From assembly GCF_006345805.1 (NCBI RefSeq), contig NC_043000.1, positions 20,646,001 through 20,710,000 of the forward strand: a stretch of 64,000 nucleotides of DNA, given 5' to 3'. Both the position numbers and the translations under genes were made by a program. Below are positions 53,717 to 64,000 of this stretch, piece by piece; position 1 is the first letter of the stretch; each line of letters opens with the position of its first letter. Below the pieces are notes generated by a model. The model did no database searches, was not told the DNA's origin, and was given only the letters and a program-made list of their open reading frames with translations. Source of the DNA: Octopus sinensis (lineage: Eukaryota).

Positions 53717-54599
53717 TGTCTGTCTGTGTGTGTGTGATAGTACCAGTCTGTGCACGTGACATGACCAGGCCATTGGTGGTCCGTAAGATATTATTCTCTC
53801 TATGAAATCATCTGATCGTAGATATCTGATGAACTAGGTGGTTAATCATATATATGGAACCTCAAGTAACGTAGGGCTGTATCAACCTGTTGATAAATAC
53901 TTTAGCTCTCTCTCTACATGTGTTCACTTCTATTTTCTGTTGTTTACAAGCCTGAGAAATTACTCAATGCATAATAAAATAAGTAAGTATATTCTATTAA
54001 ATGCTGAAGCTTCTTCACCTGTAACTTTGAACTTTATGGTTCGATTGTTCAAAAGACTGAAGAAGGGAAACAGTGTAAGAAAACTTAAGGAAAATTATTC
54101 CCAATCACACCGAAATATGATAGACCGGTTGTACATTGAGATTTGATTTGCTGCTACAAAATGTGTTAAAAACTGTGTCACACATTTATATGTGATATTG
54201 ATAACATTTATTTTCATCCATAGACGTTAGAAAACACGTAATATTTCACATATAAGCTGCTAATTATATCATTATAATACATATATAATATTACATAGAA
54301 GTGTTTCATCGATGATGCTTCATGATAATGGAGGACATTCAGATCCTAGGTCCCTGAGGTGTCAAACCAAATAGGATATGGAGGTAGAGTTTTTCTTGTG
54401 CTTTGACCTTGTAGTGACCCCATTTTGGAAATCAACAAAATGGCAGAAGAATCCGTTCTGTTCTATTAGCATATGGATGAAAACTGAATGCGGGAACTTC
54501 CGACAGGCCTCCCGAAAGAATATAACTTTGCGCATGCGTGCTGAAGATTTCCAAATGGCGTCATTACAACCTAAATAAATGTAGTTGCTGGTAGCAACT

Positions 54600-55230
54600 G
54601 CATTTGAAAATGTTCATTATGGGTCTTCTGTAATTCTTGTTGATACCACCCAGGGGTGTTGAGTTCCCTATTGTTCTTTTTGATATCATCCGACAGTATT
54701 ATAGATGTTTGATATATCACTAATTTAGAAAGACAGGATCTTCTGAGAGGAGGATAGAGACTTCGACTGTTATAAGCTTGCTGCTGCGGGTGAGGTTGTG
54801 TAGGTGTGGGTTTTCTGAAGTGTGGTTGGAGAAAATTTTATCCAAGCAGGAATAGGTGACTTTAAAGTAATGAGAGTTAAAGTGTTTGTTTTATTGTGTA
54901 TCGGTGGGAAGTGTTGTTTTACTTGAGTTCGTAAGTTTCTGGCAATGATTGCGTAACATCTAAGTTATATGGTAAATTAAACCAAATTACTCTTTGTTCT
55001 ACTCTGATGTGAGGGTGGCAGTGACGGTGGAGCGTTATCCATGTATGTTAGCTTCTTTCTGTAACCGCTTTTCGTTAGGACCTCCGAGCAGAACTGTTAA
55101 TCCATCTACAATGTCCCAAAGAAATCATATCAATAAGTAATCAGAATACTTCTAACAATAAAACTCGGAAAAAAATCTCATTAAACCACTTGGAATGGAT
55201 TTGACATTGGAGATTTAATACAAAACAATG
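54600..55230 (-). pseudogene. Penelope-like element relic (RT thumb, linker and GIY-YIG start)
   Basis: Minus-strand motifs KSGYRKKLTY, VIWFNLPYN, KQHFP, KVTYSCLD, SCLSKLVIYQ in the order typical of Penelope ORFs, with frameshifts. Confidence 0.7.
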
Positions 55231-57278
55231 TAGAAAACATTGAAAAATACTCGCGGAAAAGATATGTTCCTTTGTTCAAAGCATTTCCAAGCCATAGAGA
55301 ACAGCAATCTTTTCCAGTTGTCATTTTTAAACACAGAAATTACAACGTTGCTAATTCTGAGAGAGATTGGCCAGTATAGAGCATCAAGAAACAAACTATA
55401 CTTTATTTACAACGTCAACCCTTTAAAAAAAATTGAAGTTAATTCATCAGATTTGACAATAGAGAATGGATGTTAATTCATCAGTTTTGACAATAGAAAA
55501 TGGATGATAAATTACTGGAAATGGAGAGATTTATATGTCAGTATTGTTGAGCATGAACGTGGTAACTGATATAAATTGAATTCTGTATCATAGTGAGAGC
55601 TAAAATAAGGAATTTATTCGAACGGATGAAAGAAACATTTTTCAGTATAATTTCTAATTGACAAATTTATTTCGCACAAAGAAGAATTAGCATTCCGTAG
55701 TATCTCTCATTTGATTAGTGATGGTCACAATGGCAATTTTGGGGGCTGGTTGTGCTTAAAACCCACATCAATCAAGTCAAAGAAAGCTAAGGAAACAGGG
55801 AAAGATTTCAGGTAGATTATTTGTCACATGAGTCTGAAAACGAATTTATTTTTCTGTGCTCCGGTCTCGTTTTAAAATAAATCTTTCTAAAAGATCAAAG
55901 GCAAAATTTAATGATTGTTGATGTAACGTCTGATTTCATATATATAAAACAGACGACATTTATCATATATATTACTTTCAAAGAATAAACTGTGAGAGTC
56001 AAGAGTGATTTCTATCTTTTAAAATTTATCGAGAGAAAACAGATTTTTGATAAACCTGATAAAGGAAACATTGAGTAAATTTACTTCCTCTTAAAAAGTT
56101 GCTTCAATTAATGATATGAAAATTATGCAAATACGGTTATGTATTAGTGGGTGCGGAAGATATTTCTTAATTAAAATCCAGTCGCTATTTCCTCACCATA
56201 TGAATATCATTAATTGAATCTGTGCGACAGCTTCAAACTAAAGCAGACACATTTTTTTTATCAACGGAAATATCTTTCTCTCTTGTCCAAAATTTTATCC
56301 TAATCATTTTTCAAAGACCGAGATTTTCTGATGCACATAAGTTTGTCAGTCGTTGCATTTTATGTCGTCTAGTCAGTGATCAGCCAGAATCGGTAATGTG
56401 AAGTTATTTGCATCGAATTTCAGTGGAATCAAATTGGCCCTCTGGGATGTTCTGAAACAATCTGATGCCAAAGACTAGAAATAAAGTAACGAGAGCTTTT
56501 TACAGATGAATTCCCATGCCATCAACTTGGTTCGACATTCTTGTTCACAACATCTGCAACTGGTATTTCAGATATAGAAGTAATCAACTAAATGCTCTTC
56601 GAAAATCTACAGACACTACAAGATCAATTTGACAGAGCTAAAGCATATCACTAACGTTCTGCAAATTGAAATGAAATTACAAGCAAACGAGAAAAAGTGA
56701 AAGATATTTTTTGATAAGAATCAGACAAGTGATGATAGGCAGGAAAAACATTCCCACACGTATGCAGAATCATTATATTGGACATCTGCTTTTCTTTATA
56801 TCATTATCGATTCTGTCATTAGTGGTCTAACAAGAAAATTTAAAGCTCCAAAGAAAATTTTTTATGCATTTTTTTTTTCATTCCTCCAGTAATACCTGTC
56901 TATATTGAAAAATCTTTTGAACACAAAATGCGTGTCATTTACAGAAATCTCTTATGTTGATGTACTTTCAAAGAACTTTCAAGAGATTTAATAGACACGA
57001 AAACTATGATACATCGTGGTAACTTTAGAAAATAAATTATTTAAACCTGTGGATGCACCATGACGTACACAACCACAAGTCAGAAAATATCCTGAATATT
57101 TGTGTATCGTTTCGTATTTTCCTCACGCTGTCTACAACCTTCATACAGTTAACTTAAACGGACAAAGAACTATTTCTGAACAAACATGTCACAAGTTTGT
57201 CTGATAGCTTTAACTCGACGATAAAGAATCGAATTGAATTTCAGTTGAAACATTGATTGCAATCTTACATGTCTCTAT

Positions 57279-57654
57279 GTGGAGGCGCAATGGCCCAGTG
57301 GTTAGGGCAGCGGACTCGCGGTCATAGGATCGCGGTTTCGATTCCCAGACCGGGCGTTGTGAGTGTTTATTGAGCGAAAACACCTAAAGCTCCATGAGGC
57401 TCCGGCAGGGATGGTGGTGATCCCTGCTGTACTCTTTCATCACAACTTTCTCTTACTTCCTGTTTCTGTTGTACCTGTATTTCAAAGGGCCGGCCTTGTC
57501 ACTCTCTGTGTCACGCTGAATATCCCCGAGAACTACGTTAAGGGTACACGTGTCTGTGGAATGCTCAACCACTTACACGTTAATTTCACGAGCAGGTTGT
57601 TCCGTTGATTCGGATCAACCGGAACCCTCGTCGTCGTAACCGACGGAGTGCTTC
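57279..57654 (+). mobile_element. tRNA-derived SINE, family A
   Basis: Near-identical to 3386-3777, TSD TACATGTCTCTAT. Confidence 0.9.
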
Positions 57655-57969
57655 TACATGTCTCTATGCATACAAGGGGCCGTACAAAGTAATTTTGATA
57701 AAAAAAGAGAAAACTCATTTAGTCCATTCTATGATCTTTGGTAATAAATAATTAAAATTACTTTCTTTTTATCATTTATTTTCTTTTACGTGTTTCAGTT
57801 ATTGGACTGCGGTCATACTGGGGCACCACCTTGAAGGATTTTGTCGATTAAATTGACCTTCGGTGCCGGTAGTTATTCTGTCGGTTTTTTTTTTTGGGGG
57901 GGGGGGGTGCCGAGCAGGACGTAAACAAACCAATCAAGTTGTGAGGTGACAAACATATAGATACACAAA

Positions 57970-58310
<341 letters not shown>

Positions 58311-58410
58311 AGAGAGGGAGAGCGGGGGGGAACTAATTAATCATTCTCCAACTGTTCGATAGTTTTAAAGCTGAGCATTTAAATAATAAAAGATTCCATT
58401 CAAATTTCAG

Positions 58411-58513
58411 ATCCTAGCGATTCTATGAGACCCAAACTAATTTCCATACACACAAAGGATTTTATCTTAAGAGACAGCTTTGACGATTCTTTCTATTTTG
58501 ATACTTCACTCTG
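58411..58513 (+). CDS. RELN: Reelin ortholog, coding exon 4
   Basis: aatttcag acceptor. 103 nt, phase 1 in and phase 2 out (TG|GTAAG). (D)PSDSMRPKLISIHTKDFILRDSFDDSFYFDTSL(W) versus reelin [27 protein letters not shown]...NPNIW. Not in the ORF track. Confidence 0.9.
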
Positions 58514-58931
58514 GTAAGATTTCACTTATATTTCACTCCGTCGTCATCATCGTTGCAGTTGTCATCATCATCATCATCATCCTCATCATCATCACCACCA
58601 TCATAATCCTCACCATCATCATCATCATCATCATCAACAACACCGTGTTACCCTGTCACATGCAGAGCACCAAGCGACTGAAGAGGGATGAAGCGTATTT
58701 GATTGTATTCTTTTATTTGTTTATTTGTTTCAGGCCATTGACTGCGGCGGCCATGCTGGAGCACCGCCTTTCAGTCGAAGAAATCGAACCCGTGACTTTA
58801 TTCTTTGTAAGCCTGGTATTTCTTCGATCGGTCACTTTTACCGAACCGCTAAGTTACGGGGACGTAAACACACTAACATCGGTTGTCAAACGATGGTTGG
58901 GGTACAAACACAGACACAAAGATTCACACAC

Positions 58932-58982
<51 letters not shown>

Positions 58983-60044
58983 TAAGCGCAAGAGTGGCTG
59001 TGTGGTAAGTAGCTTGCTTACCAACCACATGGTTCCGCGTTCAGTCCCACTGCGTGGTACCTTGGGCAAGTGTCTTCTACTATAACCTCGGACCGGCCAG
59101 AGTTTTGTGAGTGGATTTGGTAGACAAAAACTTAAAGAAGCCTGTTGTATATGTGTGTGTGTTTGTCCCCACCATCATCTTTTGACAACCGATGTTGGAG
59201 TGTTTACATCCACATAACTTAGCGGTTCGGGAAAAGAGAACGTTAAGATAGACGAACTGCTGCTAAGCATTTCACCCGACGTGCTGACGTTTCTAGCAGC
59301 TCGCCGCCTAAGAAAATATATATATTCGTTTCTACTTTAGGCACAAGGGCCGAAATTTTGGGGGAGGGGCAAGTCGATTAGACCGACCCCAGTACGCAAC
59401 TTGTACTTAATTTATTGACCCCGAAAGGATGAAAGGCAAAGTCGATCTCGGCAGAATTTGAACTCGGAACGTTAAGACAGACGAAATACTGCTAAGCATT
59501 TCGCCCGGCGTGCTAACGTTTCTTATTTCTTTATTGCCCACAAGAGGCTAAACATAGAGGGGACAAACAAGGAGAGACAAAAGGATTAAGTCGATTACAT
59601 CGACCCCAGTGCGCAACTGGTACTTAATTCATCGACCCCGAAATGATGAAAGGCAAAGTCGACCTCGGCGGAATTTGAACTCAGAACGTAACAGCAGACG
59701 AAATGCCTATTCCTTTACTACCCACAAGGGTCTAAACATAGAGGGGACAAACAAGTTTTAACCTCAACTATAACACATAGGCTGGAATAGATCTCCAATT
59801 TGTAAGCCTGAATTGTCTGACACGCCGATAGGCGGGGAGAGGAGAGGACTATATAATTTATCTTTTTATCATTTGTTTCAGTCGGACGGCGGCCATGCTG
59901 GGGCACCGCCTTCTGGAATTTTAGTCGAACGAATCGACCCTTTTCTGTTTTGTTTAAAAACCTCGTACTTATTCTATTAGTCTTTGTTGGCGAGCCGTTT
60001 GGTTACTTGGATGTAAGCACCAACACCGGTGACAAACACACACG

Positions 60045-60079
<35 letters not shown>

Positions 60080-61051
60080 GACGGGCTTCTTTCAATTTCC
60101 GTCTACCAATTGAGTAAGTACGAGACTCTAAGAAAAAAAAACAGTCTCCGGGGTCGAATCGTTCGACTAAAACCGTTCAAGTTGGTGCCGCCCCAGCATG
60201 GCCGCAGTTTAATAACTGAAACAAATGAAAGATGAAGGAAAAGGGGAAAAGATGGCTGAATAAAATATACTACAGTTAAATTAAGCCAATTGGAAAATTC
60301 ATTATCTATTGATTTAACTTCCAGTCAAGACAGCACGGAGACGGATATTAAAAAGATAATAAAATTGATAAACTTCAAATGGTAACAAAACTGAAGAACG
60401 AACATCAGTTAAAAGTTTAAATAAATGTATTACTAGCTGACCCCGAGTCGTCCAAAATGACGGTTAATTGTAGGCGAAGAGCTGGTAGAAACGTTAGCAC
60501 GTCGGGCGAAATGCTTAGCGGTATTTCGTCTGCCGTTACGTTGTGAGTTCAAATTCCGCCGAGGTCGACTTTACCTTTCATCCTTCCGGGGTCGATAAAT
60601 TAAGTACCAGTTACGCACTGGGGTCGATGTAATCGACTTAATACCTATGTCTGTCCTTGTTTGTCCCCTCTGTGTTTAGCCCCTTGTGGGTAATAAAGAA
60701 ATAGGTATTTCGTCTGCCGTTACGTTGTGAGTTCAAATTCCGCCGAGGTCGACTTTATCTTCCATCCTTTCGGGGTCGATAAATTAAGTACCAGATGCGC
60801 ACTGGGTCGATATAATCGACTTAATACCTATGTCTGTCCTTGTTTGTCCCTTCTGTGTTTAGCCCCTTGTGGGTAATAAAGAAATAGGTTAATTGTAGTA
60901 TTTTATATATAAGTAAGGTGCAAACCAAGTTTTTAGTTTAATAATTATTTTATTACCAAATTTTTTGTGAAAAATCTATCTGCAATTAACATACCTTGAC
61001 TATTTGTTTCCTTCAAAAGAATTTTAAAGTTTTCCTTCCTTCTTGTACGAC

Positions 61052-61280
61052 TTAACCCTTTAGCATTTAAACTGGCCATATCCGGCCAAAAGTATTCTGT
61101 CTGTTTAATGTTCAAACTGGCCAGATCTGGTCTCTCACACCAACCCTACAACATCGTTTTAAAAATGAACAGCTACCTCATCAAAATCTCATAGCTACAA
61201 AATAATGCCTGATTAGTTCAAGGCAATGTGGATAAAAAAGAATTAATTTTGGCAGAATAATGCGAACACTAAAGGGTTAT
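61052..61280. mobile_element. piggyBac-like MITE, same family as 42293
   Basis: TTAA-CCCTTTAGC...CTAAAGGG-TTAT. Body is the reverse complement of 42293-42520. Confidence 0.7.
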
Positions 61281-61799
61281 GGCCACATAAAGCTGGCCGT
61301 GACAAAACATGGGGGCTGACAAGTAAATACCAACTTTTTTCAAAGCTCTTTCCTTGCGATTTGTTTATGGTCATGGGAAAAGCTGGTATCACAGTAATGT
61401 CAATGTTATCTAGTGGTTGTCTTTTGGAATGTGATGTCGATCATCGTTTTGTTACTGAAAGAACGCTGGTTCACACATACACACATTCACATACTTCCCA
61501 TCTACACGCACTCACATACACACATAGACTCACACAGAGTTGAAACGCTGTTTGGTTTTTCTTTTCAGCGTTAAATGTTCACCATCCCACTTCCATTGCA
61601 CACACACACACACTAACAAACAAACAAACAAACAAACAATCATTCACATACTTCCCTTTTACATACACACACACATACTCACACTGAGTTGAAATGCTGT
61701 TTGTTTTTCCCCGTAGAATTTCCATCATCCCACTTACCAGTTTACCATGACCTTTTCCTTCCTTATTCATCTATTACCCCTTCCTTTTTCATTTATATG

Positions 61800-62085
61800 T
61801 TGTGACGGAGAAAAGCACAAGAGTATTATTATAATAGATTATAAAGGCGGCAAAACCTCGCAAAGGATATCTATGCACAACTGCTTCGAAACCTCCAGCT
61901 TGTATATCCATTGCAGCTTTTATATCCATTACATTTATATCGTACATTACAAGTCCAATTTGTGAGTGGAACAGTAAAAATATGCAAAACTTTTCTGAAG
62001 TTCAATATGTGAATTTGTCTGTGTTAACTACATCCCAAAGATGGAGCTTTGTATCTGTTGGAAACCGGCTCCCTCCTCAGCATTC
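61800..62085 (+). mobile_element. Second 3' fragment of the same REL-type LINE
   Basis: caactgcttcgaaacctccagctt...gtgagtggaacagtaaaaat...ggaaaccggctccctcctcag matches 16330-16680 in reverse. Confidence 0.55.
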
Positions 62086-62255
62086 AAGATTCACTTTAAT
62101 CCAGGCTCATAACTTTCTTATCATTCTGGAGCTGGTGGCGTGACAAAATGCATCCAGCCCATGCTGTAATGGACATTTCCTTGATCTTCGTGTATACAAC
62201 TTCTCTTTGCAGCCCTTCTCAGTTGCTTAACGCTATTTATGTTTTGTTTTATTAG

Positions 62256-62349
62256 GTTAAAGAGTGAAGGTGCAGAAATAGATAAATCCTGTGGAGTTGT
62301 GCTACATGACAAATCGGCTGTCTTCTGTTCTCCTGGATTACGTAAATTA
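62256..62349 (+). CDS. RELN: Reelin ortholog, coding exon 5 (3' end uncertain: 62349, 62353 or 62358)
   Basis: gttttattag acceptor. Phase 2 in completes W, then LKSEGAEIDKSCGVVLHDKSAVFCSPGLRKL versus reelin [32 protein letters not shown]. Followed by overlapping donors GTAAGTAAGGT. Confidence 0.88.
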
Positions 62350-62559
62350 GTAAGTAAGGTTTATTTGTCATTAGTTAATATCGGTTGAAGATTAAACTCT
62401 TTATCTGTAGAATTACTTTCAGCATCAGAGAAGTCCAGAATGCTAACCTGTGTAGAGTAATGATTGAACGGTTGTTGAAATCAAAGATACTATATTTGAT
62501 CTGTAGATAGAAAAGAATACATATATTTTAAGCACGATATTATCTACATTGTGTGTGTG

Positions 62560-63720
62560 TGTGGTGGTGGTGGTGGAAATACTAAACGAAATGTTTTTTT
62601 GAAATTTGCATTTCCATTGCGTTTCCACCACCACCACCTCCAATGGCTGCTCTCAGTTCATCGACTGTTGCCGGTTTTGAACCGTAAACTTTATTATTTT
62701 AGTAGCCCAATAATAAAACCTCTAGTGGAGTAACGTCCGGAGAAAATTATTCTAAATCCTTCTGTTCAATCTACTTCATTGGCAAAAATCACATTAATGT
62801 AGACTCTTACATTACTATAGTTGTGTTGGGGTACTCCATCTTGCTGGAAATAAAATTCTACATCTTCAAAGTTCTCATGAATGTTTGGCACGGCAGGTTG
62901 TCACATCAAGTTCAAGTAAAAGTAGCAGTCAGAGTACTGTCGAAAGAGAATGATCCAATATAGTAACTCCTGATAAATTAACATCATGTTCTTCTGTAAT
63001 TTGTGGATTCTCAGATAACCAGCATGAGCGATTACGGCAGTTAATTGAGCCATTTAATTTAAATGTAGCCTGATCACTCCAAACGATCTTTGTTGGAGAG
63101 TGTGCATCTAGGATCTTTTCACTTTGACCGGCAGATTTTTAAAATAATTTCTTTGTAACTAAACACTTTTAAACTTCGTATACTGGTAGAATGTGTTACA
63201 TAAAACATCTTTTTCTCTTGGGTTTTTTGAGAAAATTCTAGTTTGTAAGCTATTTGTTGTTTAATTTCTTGCATTTCGGCAATTTCAACCAATCAATGAC
63301 GTCTATTGAGGTGGATACAATTTCTGCGGTTCTTTGTCAACAACATCTACAACACATCTTACCAAGTACCACACGCAAGACTCTACTCCTCGGTCAGGAT
63401 TATATTCATCAAGAGCGTACCACTTTTCCAATGATAGCGCTACAAATATAATGGACGCTTGATTTTGAAATTCCCATCTGACCACTCACTTATCGAACAG
63501 ATTTTCTTGAACTCTAGGAAAACGTTTCTAATACTCTTTCTTACTTCGTGGAGCTTATCAATGACCGCAGTATTCCGCAACATTTCTTGCGGACATTCAT
63601 AACCGTTCCATCAGCTTCAATCTTATCTCTTTAACTCCCTCTTAAACTCTCGTTGCACTTCGATTGCGCTTTCAAACCTCCAGTAGCGCCTTTGGGTAAA
63701 TGCTCTTGTTTAAATCTGTC
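62560..63720 (-). pseudogene. Degraded Tc1/mariner-superfamily (maT/DD37D-like) transposase
   Basis: Minus-strand fragments [46 protein letters not shown], with stops and frameshifts. Interrupted by the MITE at 63111. Confidence 0.65.
63111..63310. mobile_element. Truncated copy of the same MITE family, inside a transposase relic
   Basis: GGATCTTTTC...aaacacttttaaacttcgtatactggtagaatgtg matches 5839 and 7235. Confidence 0.75.
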
Positions 63721-64000
63721 TGTTACGCCTCATTATTTCTAATGGGTTTAAATCTAAAAACAAATAACAATTGTGTGTGTTATCAGCTATTAAAGTGTAT
63801 ATGCATTTTGGTGTATGTGTGTATTTTATTAATGTAAATTAATGTTTGTTTTTATATCCAGTTTTGTATAAAAGCAATTTAACATTTGACTGAAAGATTA
63901 CTCAATACTTTTTAATAGAACACGCATTTATTAACTTTTACACGGAAAAGTTTGTCGACCTTTTCCTGATAATATATGTGTGTGTGTATGTATGTATGTA

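Overview
AT-rich, repeat-saturated eukaryotic DNA. The SINE families and microsatellite load point to a cephalopod (Octopus-like) genome; this is inference from remembered repeat motifs, not a search. The only host gene I can support is the 5' part of a reelin (RELN) ortholog on the + strand. It has five coding exons (29277-29493, 38313-38544, 49765-49835, 58411-58513, 62256-~62349) that splice in frame into a signal peptide, a reeler domain and the following segment, and the gene runs off the right edge. The rest is tRNA-derived SINEs (three groups), RTE-like 3' tails, MITEs (mariner, pogo, hAT-like, piggyBac-like), Helitrons, relics of Chapaev-like, mariner, CR1, REL-type LINE and Penelope elements, and long microsatellites, which generate almost all of the ORF track. 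The most unusual signal is a recurring architecture of short foldback repeats with a minimal type I hammerhead ribozyme core at the centre (8839, 24362, 28886, 36490). One of these sits on the sense strand about 175 nt before the first coding exon of reelin, and a further hammerhead with a complete core lies at 17867-17960. A roughly 31 kb domain (about 19.3-50.4 kb) also looks CpG-depleted by eye.
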